From IMG/VR virus record IMGVR_UViG_3300031565_000002: a stretch of DNA of 64,000 bases; one strand, 5' to 3'. This document shows positions 38,171-48,362 of this stretch, piece by piece. Made by a program: the position numbers and the translations under genes. Every line of letters begins with the position of its first letter. Positions within the stretch are counted from its first letter, which is position 1. This DNA is from an uncultured virus (IMG/VR IMGVR_UViG_3300031565_000002). Its lineage: Duplodnaviria; Heunggongvirae; Uroviricota; Caudoviricetes. The notes under the pieces were generated by a model, which searched no databases, was not told the origin of the DNA, and worked only from the letters and a program-made list of their open reading frames with translations.

Positions 38171-41023
38171 CTAACTTTGAACTAATTGTGATTCTGCTAC
38201 TTCTTTAAAAGTTATTTTAAATTTATGGAAAAAAAGACTATAGTGCAAATCCTTCTGTCCCTTTCTATTTTTCAAGATATGAAGAATGCAATTACCAAAT
38301 TTTGAAATTTTAAACTTATCATACTGACTCTGACTTGCACCATCAACACCCAATAAATATCCTTCCCTAACCATTTCTGACATTGTTAAAAAACCCTCTT
38401 CCTCCATTTTTTTGCGAGATTTAGACTGCAATGAAATAGCTACATCAACATCATGGGAAAATTTGTCGCACCCATAAATATGATGAAGTTCAGGTCTTCC
38501 CTTATTTTGATTGATTGTATCCCTATTTGCCTGAGCTATCATTATAATAGGGATATTTAGTGTCTTTGCCAATCCTGTGATACCATTACTTATTACACCC
38601 AACTGATCAGAAGAACTCATTCCCCTATGCTCTTTATCTGCCCCCATCAATTGGACATAATCTACTACTGCCAACTTAACGCCATTACACTCAATCTGAT
38701 ACTTTAATATCGATGTTAATTTATTAATGGTTAAATCAGTTATCATTTGCATGTGTAATGATTTTCTCTTTCCATAATTCTCTATAGCATGAAATAATCT
38801 GCCCCTCAATTCAGGATCATTAATATTCCCTGAACTTATACTTCTCGCAGGAATCCCAGTATATATAGACATCATCCTATCCATCATCTGATCGCTAGGC
38901 ATCTCCATATTCGCATAATACACTGGAATAGGAGGGGTCTGCTTAAGGGACATATGACACACCATATTTTGAGCCAGTGCAGTCTTACCATCCGATGTTC
39001 TAGCTAATATTAGGATCGATTGTCCAGGGAAAAATCCCTGAGTAGCATTATCGAGGATTCTCAATCCAGTAAAAATACCATGCCTTATCCCCTCTTCTTC
39101 CATTCTCCTTCTCATCTCTATCGCATAATCAATAGACTCCTGGGTCGGATTTTCTATAACCCCTCCAGTAGAAAAATTCATTTTATACAAATCTTTACTG
39201 ACATTGCCAATTACAGATTGCATATCATCAGATTCTATTGCAGATTTTGTTATCCTTGTCCCTATATCAACTAATCTTCTTTTTTTAGCAAGATCAACTA
39301 TTCTATCTGCATGAAACTCAACATTCATCCTATTTACTTGACTTAATTCCTGCAAATAAGCAAAATCATAATATCTTCCCTCATACCCATCTTCACGACC
39401 CTTTATGGTAATAATATTAAAATCAACCGGTTTCTGAGTCCCATTTAATTCAAGAACCATCTTATGAAGAATCTTATTCCTGAGATAAGAATAATCATCC
39501 TGTCCTACCATATTTAACAATTGGGGTCTTGATTCCTCATTAGATATTAATTCAGAAATCACTATCATTTCACTCAAAATATTGTCAACTGTATTGGGGA
39601 CACCATGAGTATCAATTCCAAGAAATTCCTTCACAACTTCTGGAGGAACATTTACTTTACTTGATAAAGAATCAATAATAACTCTTTTTTCCAATAGGCT
39701 TAATGTCCTAGATGTATCAAGATCTGACTTAATGGTACTGATAAAATTAATTCTGTCTGTAAGAGTATTTAATGTTGTCGCTCTCAATGCATCGTCAATA
39801 ATATATTCAGAAATACACCGACTCTCACTTATAACTTGCCGAAATCCTTCTGCACTTCCCAATAACAAATATTCATCAGGATCATCGTAACCTTCAGGCA
39901 AAGTAGCAACACCAATATTAAAGCTAGGGGCAATATCACCTTGTTGTATCTTCTTTAGTACTCTTTTTACAGCACCAGTGCCACCCTGATCAGAGTCTAA
40001 ACAAAAAACCAACTTTCTTACATGACATTTTTCCAATAATTTTATAGTATCATTCCCAAAAGATGCACTCATTAAACCTGCAACATTCCGTATCCCATGT
40101 CGATGACACGATATAACATCAGTAAATCCTTCGGTAACTATTAACGTCCCCTTTTCTTTCCTTATATGTTTACGGGCAATATTAAGACCATACAAATAAG
40201 ATGACTTGCTAGCGAATAGTACACTACCTATTCCCTCCCCAACGTAGCCCTTTTTCCAAATGCTAGTATTAACATACTTACCAAATTTATCTATAAGTTC
40301 ACTTTCACGTTCCTTCTGTTTTTCTTTATTTTCATCATAAAAAAAGACCCGATTACTAAAAGCAATTGGGTTACTATTAATATCATATATAGGGAAAATA
40401 ACTTTGCCAGTAAAAAAGAAATCACGGAGAACATCTATATCTCTTAGATCATCTATGGAAATCAATCTATTATTAAATGGGACATTTATAAACGACTGTT
40501 TTATAAACTGATCATCACCAAATCCAATCCCCCATTCAATAATATCACTATCTGTAATACCCCTATCATATAAATATCTTTTAATATCAGAGCTAGGGGA
40601 TGAATCCATAAGATTCTTGTTTAATGCAATAGTAATAGCAGCATTTAATTTTGATAAATAATCACGTCTTATTTCTTCTTCGGTAAGTTTATACTCTTCA
40701 TAATCGAGTGGAAGCCCATATTCATTAGATAAAAACTCAATAGCCTCATAATGCTGCAGGTTATAATATCTACAAACAAAATCAATAACACTTCCATGCT
40801 GTTCTTCACACTGACCGCTAAAACAATGAAACGTATTAGCATTAGAAAAAGCATCTATATTATTAACAACAAAACTTGGTTTCGACTCTTCGTGAAATGG
40901 GCATAGCCCCTTATGATAAGCCCCAACTCTCTTAAGGTCAATAACTTTACCTACGACCTTAACTATATCAACAGTCTTATTAATTCTCTCATATTCAATT
41001 TTTTTAATTCTTTTTTTTATCAT
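38171..41023 (-). CDS. DnaG primase - DnaB helicase fusion
   Basis: CPFHEE..HCFS..C zinc finger, TOPRIM VTEGFTD/LDSDQGG/DPDE; helicase ARTSDGKT, VVDYVQL, IAQANR, KNRKG. Confidence 0.92.
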   Translation of the reverse strand: MIKKRIKKIEYERINKTVDIVKVVGKVIDLKRVGAYHKGLCPFHEESKPSFVVNNIDAFSNANTFHCFSGQCEEQHGSVIDFVCRYYNLQHYEAIEFLSNEYGLPLDYEEYKLTEEEIRRDYLSKLNAAITIALNKNLMDSSPSSDIKRYLYDRGITDSDIIEWGIGFGDDQFIKQSFINVPFNNRLISIDDLRDIDVLRDFFFTGKVIFPIYDINSNPIAFSNRVFFYDENKEKQKERESELIDKFGKYVNTSIWKKGYVGEGIGSVLFASKSSYLYGLNIARKHIRKEKGTLIVTEGFTDVISCHRHGIRNVAGLMSASFGNDTIKLLEKCHVRKLVFCLDSDQGGTGAVKRVLKKIQQGDIAPSFNIGVATLPEGYDDPDEYLLLGSAEGFRQVISESRCISEYIIDDALRATTLNTLTDRINFISTIKSDLDTSRTLSLLEKRVIIDSLSSKVNVPPEVVKEFLGIDTHGVPNTVDNILSEMIVISELISNEESRPQLLNMVGQDDYSYLRNKILHKMVLELNGTQKPVDFNIITIKGREDGYEGRYYDFAYLQELSQVNRMNVEFHADRIVDLAKKRRLVDIGTRITKSAIESDDMQSVIGNVSKDLYKMNFSTGGVIENPTQESIDYAIEMRRRMEEEGIRHGIFTGLRILDNATQGFFPGQSILILARTSDGKTALAQNMVCHMSLKQTPPIPVYYANMEMPSDQMMDRMMSIYTGIPARSISSGNINDPELRGRLFHAIENYGKRKSLHMQMITDLTINKLTSILKYQIECNGVKLAVVDYVQLMGADKEHRGMSSSDQLGVISNGITGLAKTLNIPIIMIAQANRDTINQNKGRPELHHIYGCDKFSHDVDVAISLQSKSRKKMEEEGFLTMSEMVREGYLLGVDGASQSQYDKFKISKFGNCILHILKNRKGQKDLHYSLFFHKFKITFKEVAESQLVQS

Positions 41024-41765
41024 CTGATTTTCCTAAAGAAAGTATCCTATTATACACATCATCTTCTTCCTTAGAAAACTTTCTCCTATTCTTTAGTGCT
41101 TTTTTATTCAAAGTTTCTTCAATTTCAAGAGACTCAATACAGACGATACTATCTCTTCTTTCTCTCTCCCATCTCTTCTTATCAGCTATCTCATCTTCTT
41201 TCATTCTCCTTAAAATACTATGTAAATATTTTATATTGTAAACCGTTGCACCATTCTTTTGACAATCATCTATAGCATCTTCTAATTCATGAATAGAAAA
41301 ACCCTTATTTACTATATCATCTATTTCCATTAAATGATCAGAAACACCAATGCCACCGTAATCCATAAATACACATAGTCTTTCATATATCTCATTCCCT
41401 TTATGATGATCATGAAATTTTGCAGGATCTTCAAACCTTTCTTTATATGTTTCCTTATTAATAGAAGCATTATTTTTAGTGTATGATGCTAACTTCCGTA
41501 ACAACAGCATATAATCATAACCATTCTTTATCCTATCAACAAGTGATGGGGTTAACCATTTCCTCATTAAATCTGAAAAACTTCTATAATATGATTTATC
41601 TGCTATCTCATTAATCTCTTGCTCATTATTACAGGACGGTAAATTTTTAACTCCTGCCATTTTACAAAGCCCCTGATAAAGAATCCTACCATCATCCGTC
41701 AGTAATGATAAATTAATAGGGGTATCTTTATTTACGCCATCTATATCAAAGGTATTTTGTTTCAT
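41004..41765 (-). CDS. Hypothetical replication protein (DnaD-like C-terminal motif)
   Basis: NIKYLHSILRR resembles DnaD YxxxIL; adjacent to the primase-helicase. Confidence 0.45.
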   Translation of the reverse strand: MKQNTFDIDGVNKDTPINLSLLTDDGRILYQGLCKMAGVKNLPSCNNEQEINEIADKSYYRSFSDLMRKWLTPSLVDRIKNGYDYMLLLRKLASYTKNNASINKETYKERFEDPAKFHDHHKGNEIYERLCVFMDYGGIGVSDHLMEIDDIVNKGFSIHELEDAIDDCQKNGATVYNIKYLHSILRRMKEDEIADKKRWERERRDSIVCIESLEIEETLNKKALKNRRKFSKEEDDVYNRILSLGKSDDKKKN

Positions 41766-43594
41766 TTTATTATTTGAAAAGCAGGTTCAGTCCTATAAAT
41801 TTCTTCTCTATCTTCAGAATGTTTACTTAAATATTGAGCACAATCATAAAACTCTTCTATATAAGCCTTCTCCTTACCTGGGAACAACCTTAACGCCCTA
41901 CCGACCCTCTGTAATGCTGTTGTCTTACTTGTCCCACCGCCTGCCATAACCACAGAATCAAGTGCAGGCAAATTCAATCCCTCATCAGCAATTGTAGATG
42001 CAATTATAGCCTTTAATTCTTTGGCTCTTATTTTATTCATAGCATCATTTCTTACTTCTATATCATCTTCTCCTTTAAGAAAAATGACATCATCTGGCAA
42101 AAATTTTAAAATATTTTCACCATGCCTTATTCTCCTCACTAAAACCATTACCGAATGATTCAACATTCTATGTAAATTAACCTGCTGTGCTATATATTCA
42201 TTCCTATACACATTATCAGTAATACATGCATCATATATAAAATTATACTTTCTTTTCATCACTAAATCACTATACTTACGCTTTACTTTCTGAACAAATT
42301 TTTTATAAGAATTATCGTCATCAAACCTTAAGGCATCAGATTGTATTTTATCAATAAGAACAGTTTGAAAAACATAATCACATATTTCCTTTAATTTAAC
42401 ATAAATATGATGAATAAAATTCACGTTTCCCTCATAATGCAACCATCTCTTAACTAACCTACAGCCATCTGAATAAGTATAAATAACATCCTTATCCTTA
42501 ACATTCTCCATCTTAGATTCATGCCTTTTAGCCAAATCAGGCCATTGCATATCTATCTTTCTTCTTCTCTTCCTACTATCCGGAGGATCTGGATCACAAT
42601 AAAAAATATTACCATCATGATCTAACTTAACAAATTCAAAAAAATCAAAAATAGTATAACCTATTTCACTAAAACGAATTTCTGGCGCTATCAAATATTT
42701 TCTCTCTATTAAATATGTAGCACTAACCCGACATAAGATATCACCAAATATTCCTTCAATTAATAAATCATCGCCCTGATCACGCATAGGAGTTGCAGAT
42801 AGCCCAATCCTATAATCAGCAACCATAACTGCATTCATTATATTCTGCTGTGTTTCTGACCTTACATGGTGACACTCATCTATAACAACAACATTAACAG
42901 TACGAAGAAGATGCCTTATCTGCTCTTTATCTTGTTCTTTTAATCTTACTTTTTCATCTACTTCATCATCCATAAATTTTACATATTTATACCCAAGACT
43001 CTTAACAATTGTTTGAACAGTACCTACCGTAACATCTTTAATATCAAGATTCTGATTGCCTATATATCCAACTTCTATACCAAGAGAATCTATAATATCA
43101 TTTCTTGCCTGTTCTAATAAATCAAGTTTATGCACCAACACTAATGTTTTTCTACCAAGCGTCTGAATAAATTTACACATAATAAAAGTTTTACCGGCAC
43201 CAGTCGCAGCCTGCACTATCCCAACCTTTTTCCTCTCGACCTCACCAACAGCATCCATCTGATAATCATATAACTCTTTAACCTTACTATGAACCCACTG
43301 CCAGTCAAAAGATTTTGAAGAAACAGGTCTATTGTCAACAACAGAATAAACTATTTTTAGTTCAATTAAAAAATTAATCAATCTCGATAAAAGACCTGTC
43401 GGAAAAGATAGATCCTTCATATCGAAAAGACGTATCCTACCATCCCACCTACCACTCTGAAAACTTGGAATAAAATCAGCCTTCTGTTCACGAAAAGAAA
43501 GTAAAATATCAATCTTCTGATAAACAGCCTTTGGAATATATCCCCTTATAGTAGACCTTATTGGCCCTACTGTTATATTTACAGGTTGATCCAT
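41762..43594 (-). CDS. SF2 DEAD/DEAH-box helicase (UvsW/XPB-like)
   Basis: YQ, ATGAGKT, DECHH, SAT, EGLNLP, QRVGRALR. Confidence 0.92.
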   Translation of the reverse strand: MDQPVNITVGPIRSTIRGYIPKAVYQKIDILLSFREQKADFIPSFQSGRWDGRIRLFDMKDLSFPTGLLSRLINFLIELKIVYSVVDNRPVSSKSFDWQWVHSKVKELYDYQMDAVGEVERKKVGIVQAATGAGKTFIMCKFIQTLGRKTLVLVHKLDLLEQARNDIIDSLGIEVGYIGNQNLDIKDVTVGTVQTIVKSLGYKYVKFMDDEVDEKVRLKEQDKEQIRHLLRTVNVVVIDECHHVRSETQQNIMNAVMVADYRIGLSATPMRDQGDDLLIEGIFGDILCRVSATYLIERKYLIAPEIRFSEIGYTIFDFFEFVKLDHDGNIFYCDPDPPDSRKRRRKIDMQWPDLAKRHESKMENVKDKDVIYTYSDGCRLVKRWLHYEGNVNFIHHIYVKLKEICDYVFQTVLIDKIQSDALRFDDDNSYKKFVQKVKRKYSDLVMKRKYNFIYDACITDNVYRNEYIAQQVNLHRMLNHSVMVLVRRIRHGENILKFLPDDVIFLKGEDDIEVRNDAMNKIRAKELKAIIASTIADEGLNLPALDSVVMAGGGTSKTTALQRVGRALRLFPGKEKAYIEEFYDCAQYLSKHSEDREEIYRTEPAFQIIK

Positions 43595-43595
43595 A

Positions 43596-43781
43596 TTAAG
43601 AAGCTCTCGCTAAATCGGCAATCGGCAAACAATAAAGAGATGTAAACTTTGATCCATGTTTAACGTTTTTAAGAAATACGTAAACACTATCCTTATCTAA
43701 GAAGACACCTCTAAATTCATCGTTACCTTTTGTCACAAAAAGATACTCATTACCAACTTGCAAATTATCTATTTTACGCAT
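43596..43781 (-). CDS. Small hypothetical protein (beta-rich)
   Basis: 61-aa ORF immediately upstream of the helicase. Confidence 0.5.
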   Translation of the reverse strand: MRKIDNLQVGNEYLFVTKGNDEFRGVFLDKDSVYVFLKNVKHGSKFTSLYCLPIADLARAS

Positions 43782-43791
43782 AATAAAACAT

Positions 43792-45062
43792 CCGTTCCTA
43801 AAAATGTAGTAAAATCTACCATATTGACACCATCAACATTAACGCTTCCGCAAGCGGAAGTCTTACTTAACTCCAATGTCCGTTTAGGTGGGCTGAAACG
43901 TTTCCACACCATAATTCAAAATATTTATAGCCGCATTACGGTCCCTGTCAATCATAAGACCACAATCGCATACGTAAATCCTATCAGACAATTTCAAGTT
44001 ATCCTTGATAGCCCCGCAAGCAGAACACATCTTAGATGATGGGAAAAAACGATTAACAATAAGAACTACGTTATCACGTAATTTCGCCTTATATTCAAGA
44101 AATCGCCTGAACATACCAAGTCCTGCATCAGATATAGCCCGTGCCAACTTATGATTTTTAACCATACCGTTAACATTTAAATCCTCAATACAGATAGTAT
44201 GATATTTAGATGTTAACATATCAGTTAACTCATGCAAAACCGCCTTGCGTTGTTTTGATATCAAAAAATGAAGTTTAGCAACCTGAAACTTGGCTTTTGC
44301 TTTCCGATTACTGCCATTCTGTTTTCGACTCAATTTACGTTGCAGTTTTTTAAGTTTAACAAGACTATCCTTAAGCTTCTGATTAGCCGGAATAACTACC
44401 CCATCACTTAATGTAGCAAGATTTTTAATCCCTAAATCTACACCGATAGAACCTACTCCAGCAACTTTATTATAATCAATAGTTTCAACAAGAATACTTA
44501 CGAAATATTTACCAGCACGTTTACTAATGGTAATCTGTTTAGGGACTCCATTAAAACATAATTGTTGCCGAAGTTTAATTAATGTTTTTAATTTTTCAAT
44601 CCTAATCCATCGACCACGGATATCAAACTTAGGCTGCTCTCTCAAAGAAAAAGAATCATTAATATTTTTCTTCTTAAATTTCGGAAATCCAGGCTTCTTA
44701 CCGCTCTTAACTCTACGGAAAAAATGTTTAAATGCATTATCAAGATCATCTATAGCATTGCGAGTTACACGTTGACTAATTTCTGAATACCAAATAAATT
44801 CTGATCGTAACGATTTATAAAAATTTAAAGCAATTTTTTTATTCCATTTAACTGTTTTATCAGAAAAATGATTCAATAACTGATTATAACAATGCCTGCG
44901 TGAACCGCAGGCTTTATCTAAATAGATAGCCTGATCTTTTGTAGGATATAATTCTATCTTATGTGCAAGTAACATTTTTCTAAAAATTCCTATCATTAAA
45001 CGTAGTAAAATATGCTATATTTTACTACGTTTTACTATATCATCGCTTACTGTTAACAACCC
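43792..45062 (-). mobile_element. Non-autonomous IS607-like element carrying tnpB only
   Basis: GG at both junctions; TAGTAAAA/TTTTACTAC subterminal repeats at both ends; right end ...TTTTTAGGAACGG; no tnpA. Confidence 0.7.
43884..44975 (-). CDS. tnpB: TnpB RNA-guided endonuclease
   Basis: AHKIELYPT HTH, RuvC GVDLG / IEDL / DRDRNAAINI, CSACG..CDCG. Confidence 0.95.
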   Translation of the reverse strand: MLLAHKIELYPTKDQAIYLDKACGSRRHCYNQLLNHFSDKTVKWNKKIALNFYKSLRSEFIWYSEISQRVTRNAIDDLDNAFKHFFRRVKSGKKPGFPKFKKKNINDSFSLREQPKFDIRGRWIRIEKLKTLIKLRQQLCFNGVPKQITISKRAGKYFVSILVETIDYNKVAGVGSIGVDLGIKNLATLSDGVVIPANQKLKDSLVKLKKLQRKLSRKQNGSNRKAKAKFQVAKLHFLISKQRKAVLHELTDMLTSKYHTICIEDLNVNGMVKNHKLARAISDAGLGMFRRFLEYKAKLRDNVVLIVNRFFPSSKMCSACGAIKDNLKLSDRIYVCDCGLMIDRDRNAAINILNYGVETFQPT

Positions 45063-45136
45063 TTTGGATATAATATACCCCCATCGACATCAAGAGTATC
45101 ATGACATCAACCAATAATACAACGATAACTCATCAA

Positions 45137-45784
45137 TTAATAATTATTTTGCCCCGGCTGCTGATTATTTGGGGGATAATAATTAGAATTATTCCCCTGC
45201 GGTTGTTGCTGCTGTACCGGTGGCTGTTGCCAACCAGGTGTTTGCTGAGGTTGCTGAAAAGAATTACTCGGCTGACCAAAGTTAGGAGATTGTTGTACAG
45301 GCTGTTGTACAGGCTGTTGTAAGGGGTATTGTTGAAATGGCGGCTGATTCTGCCCCCTCTGATTCCTTTTTACTACATAATCAGTTTCAGAAAACTGCTG
45401 TGTATTTGCCCTTATAGTGGCAATTTTACGTACACTCTGAGATTTAGCCTCAATACCCTTCACTACAACTTCAGCACCCTCATATTCAATTGCAGTTTTT
45501 ATTCTAAGTTTATCAGCAGCAATAACAGCATCATTTGCCTTAGCCATCATTTTCTTTGTGGTAACATTAATTCCATCATCTAATTTTATAAACTCTCTAG
45601 CGCTGGTTACCTCAGATTCATGCTCTGCATATTCTCTGGCTTCCTTCTTTTCAACTGCAGCAGAACAAACCCTCTGAAGAGCCCCCGGTAAAAAAGCAAG
45701 CCATGCTTCTAATTCTGCATTATCAACACACGGACTTATATGAAAATCAGGATTCAGAACATCTTCTATTGACTGTGGTAACAT
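45137..45784 (-). CDS. Helical protein with Gln/Pro-rich tail (possible UvsY-like mediator)
   Basis: Helical N-terminal part and QQP repeats; lies in the recombination cluster. Confidence 0.45.
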   Translation of the reverse strand: MLPQSIEDVLNPDFHISPCVDNAELEAWLAFLPGALQRVCSAAVEKKEAREYAEHESEVTSAREFIKLDDGINVTTKKMMAKANDAVIAADKLRIKTAIEYEGAEVVVKGIEAKSQSVRKIATIRANTQQFSETDYVVKRNQRGQNQPPFQQYPLQQPVQQPVQQSPNFGQPSNSFQQPQQTPGWQQPPVQQQQPQGNNSNYYPPNNQQPGQNNY

Positions 45785-45793
45785 TTTTCCTCC

Positions 45794-46594
45794 CTACATT
45801 TTTGGGGCATCGCATAGCCCATGTTTAAAAGCACAAAACTTACATATCCAAACTTCCCTAGGGGTCTTTGTAAAAAGACCGCTGGCAACTTTTGTAATTA
45901 TCGCACTCGTTTTATCTAATATTTTTTCTATCTCAATTCCCATAAAACTTACCGGAACAAGGTTTGAACTCCTAACGTAATACAAAGCACAATATTCTAC
46001 AACATTATACGGTAAATTAAACTTCTTACAAAAAGCCCATTGATATAACCCTAACTGCAAATCATCTTTCAATTTCTCCTGAGTATCTTCCCATTTGCCA
46101 GTTTTATAATCTAATATCCTATAATTAGCAGGCAAGTCAACTCGATCTATAAACCCATACAAAAAATCACCAGTAGGTAATTGTTCATTAAAATTTAACT
46201 CAATAGCAAATGGCAATTTCTTAATATTATTATGCCTATCCCAAAAATCAGAAACTATCCTTTGCCCTATTTTATAAAACTCCAACTCTTCTGCTTCATA
46301 ATCATAACCAAGGAATTGCCATCTCGGAATATTATTTTTTATTGCTTTAGCAAAATCTTTTAAATAATCATCTGCAACCCAATGATCTTCATAATATTTT
46401 AATAGTTCTTCCTTTGAAGGAAATTTAAAATTACTAAAAGCAAATTCTGCACATTGATGAAAAGCACTTCCCCAAGTCAATGCTTTTGCATTACCCTCAG
46501 GAAATTCTTCTAATATATAACTGCAATAGAATTTATAAGGGCAATCTTGATAACTCTTTAATTTAGATACACTCCATCTTTTCAATTTAAACAT
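45794..46594 (-). CDS. PD-(D/E)XK nuclease (RecB/AddB-like, Cys cluster)
   Basis: SVSKL..CP, GSAFH, GFIDRVD, ILDYKTG, QLGLY, CKFC..C. Confidence 0.88.
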   Translation of the reverse strand: MFKLKRWSVSKLKSYQDCPYKFYCSYILEEFPEGNAKALTWGSAFHQCAEFAFSNFKFPSKEELLKYYEDHWVADDYLKDFAKAIKNNIPRWQFLGYDYEAEELEFYKIGQRIVSDFWDRHNNIKKLPFAIELNFNEQLPTGDFLYGFIDRVDLPANYRILDYKTGKWEDTQEKLKDDLQLGLYQWAFCKKFNLPYNVVEYCALYYVRSSNLVPVSFMGIEIEKILDKTSAIITKVASGLFTKTPREVWICKFCAFKHGLCDAPKM

Positions 46595-46601
46595 ATGCTA
46601 T

Positions 46602-47144
46602 TTATTTCATCCATCTCAAAGATGCTAAATCCCATCCAATTTTTGGTTTCGGTTCATTAGTTTTCTTTTTGGGCTTCGTAAAACCAACCCTAACTCGATC
46701 TATCTTATAGCCATACTCTTTAAAATATTCAAACTCAATAGAACTTCTTGTAGTAGATGAACTATGTTTCAAGAAATCTTCAATCTTCAACGCATACATT
46801 ACATTCCATGATTCCTTCCCCCTTTTCCCGATACTCCTAAAGTTTACAAGGAACACACCCACTCCTCCTTGAGAATAAACTAATTCCAAATTCTCAATTT
46901 GATGAGGCTGAATATTTTTATATGGCATGCTCTTTTCAGCCGTCTGTTTAGCCTCTATAGCAAAAAACCTACCATTAAACAACCAAAAATCGAAAAGACT
47001 CTCATCGCTTTTGGCAGCAAAGGCAAATCCACCCTTTTTACCAAAAGCGTGATAAGTCTTATCTCTTATCCTATCGCCTGTCAATACCTTACTCTTCCTG
47101 AAATAAGCAATAGAATGATCAAGTTCCAATTCAAACTTCTGCAT
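46602..47144 (-). CDS. recU: RecU-like Holliday junction resolvase
   Basis: DF..NGRFFAIEAKQT..NIQPHQIENL..QGG. Confidence 0.82.
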   Translation of the reverse strand: MQKFELELDHSIAYFRKSKVLTGDRIRDKTYHAFGKKGGFAFAAKSDESLFDFWLFNGRFFAIEAKQTAEKSMPYKNIQPHQIENLELVYSQGGVGVFLVNFRSIGKRGKESWNVMYALKIEDFLKHSSSTTRSSIEFEYFKEYGYKIDRVRVGFTKPKKKTNEPKPKIGWDLASLRWMK

Positions 47145-47152
47145 AGATTATA

Positions 47153-48328
47153 TTAATCCTTTTTCTTCTTATGCTGCTTCGGCATCACAACACATATATA
47201 ATCTTCACTGTCCTTACCTTTGATCCTGAAGGGAATATTGGGATTTTCAATATCAATCTGAACAGCATCGCATGAGATATTCTTCAAAACTTGCAATGCA
47301 TACGTAGTATCAACCCATAAAGCCCAATCTTCTTTGATCTCACCATATTCCGTTGTGAACGGAATTTCACCGACCTGCGTATTGGCTACATTCTTAGCGT
47401 TAACAATTGTAGCAAACCCTTGACCAAATCCTTCATTAGTCATTTTTATGGCGACATCATTAATCTGTGATCCATCGGGGCTACATGTATTTGCTGCATC
47501 GGCTATTTGGACCTTTCTCATTAGCTCTTTTCTGTCAAATGTGATACCAAGAACAAAGTTACTCGGAACAATTTTTTTGTAATTGATATACTTACCAGAA
47601 ACCAAAAGTGAATCCATCAACAACCTACCAACACGAACATATACCCTGTCTTCCTTTATATTTATATCAATATTTTCATCACTGGAATATTCCCTGATTG
47701 CCTTAGCTATCTTCCCAAGTCCTTCCGATGGAATCAATATCGAAAAATTTGGCAGGTCTTGTGAAACATCATTTTTTAAATAAGCAAGTTTACAACCATC
47801 ACAAGCAGCCATCTCAATTTTACCATCCTGTAAAATAAGATAAACAGAAGACATCTGTGGTTTAGCCGAAGAATAATCAGCAGCAGCAAACCTAACCTTA
47901 GTATCAGCATCGGTAATTAAACTCACTGGTATCTTGAACCATCCGGTATCATTATCATCGGTAGTAATGTTAACAAAATCATCTACCTTCATAGGTTTAT
48001 AATCACCATTATCCCTGCCACACTGAATGGATATGTCACCATCAAGCTTAATGATAATATTTTCATCAATATAACAATCAACTAATTTATTGATAAGAAC
48101 ACCATCAATTAAAATCTCTCCGGGCTGTCTCACTTCAGCATCAATACATAAATCAATACTTGTATTACCATCGGTTGAGCTAAGAGCAATAGAGCCATTG
48201 CCTTCGGGAGAAGTAAACGCCCTCATTTTTAACCCTTTTGTCCATTCGTTAGTTCCGCCTGTTCCCTGGGCTATCTTTGCAATGCCAATACTTTCCTTCA
48301 ATAATTCACGATTTACTGTTACATCCAT
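47153..48328 (-). CDS. dnaN: DNA polymerase III beta sliding clamp
   Basis: 391 aa; STDG, ACDGCKLA, GKYINYKKIVP, VVMP. Confidence 0.88.
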   Translation of the reverse strand: MDVTVNRELLKESIGIAKIAQGTGGTNEWTKGLKMRAFTSPEGNGSIALSSTDGNTSIDLCIDAEVRQPGEILIDGVLINKLVDCYIDENIIIKLDGDISIQCGRDNGDYKPMKVDDFVNITTDDNDTGWFKIPVSLITDADTKVRFAAADYSSAKPQMSSVYLILQDGKIEMAACDGCKLAYLKNDVSQDLPNFSILIPSEGLGKIAKAIREYSSDENIDINIKEDRVYVRVGRLLMDSLLVSGKYINYKKIVPSNFVLGITFDRKELMRKVQIADAANTCSPDGSQINDVAIKMTNEGFGQGFATIVNAKNVANTQVGEIPFTTEYGEIKEDWALWVDTTYALQVLKNISCDAVQIDIENPNIPFRIKGKDSEDYICVVMPKQHKKKKD

Positions 48329-48362
48329 AATACTCTTCCCTTTCTATGTTTGTTATAATTTG

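Noticed and set aside
43792..45062. IStron (group I intron-IS hybrid)
   Set aside because: Only about 85 nt lie between the left end and tnpB, with no P/Q/R/S elements
45794..46594. Cas4 as part of a CRISPR-Cas system
   Set aside because: No cas1/cas2 or array nearby; context among recU/dnaN/recA fits a recombination nuclease
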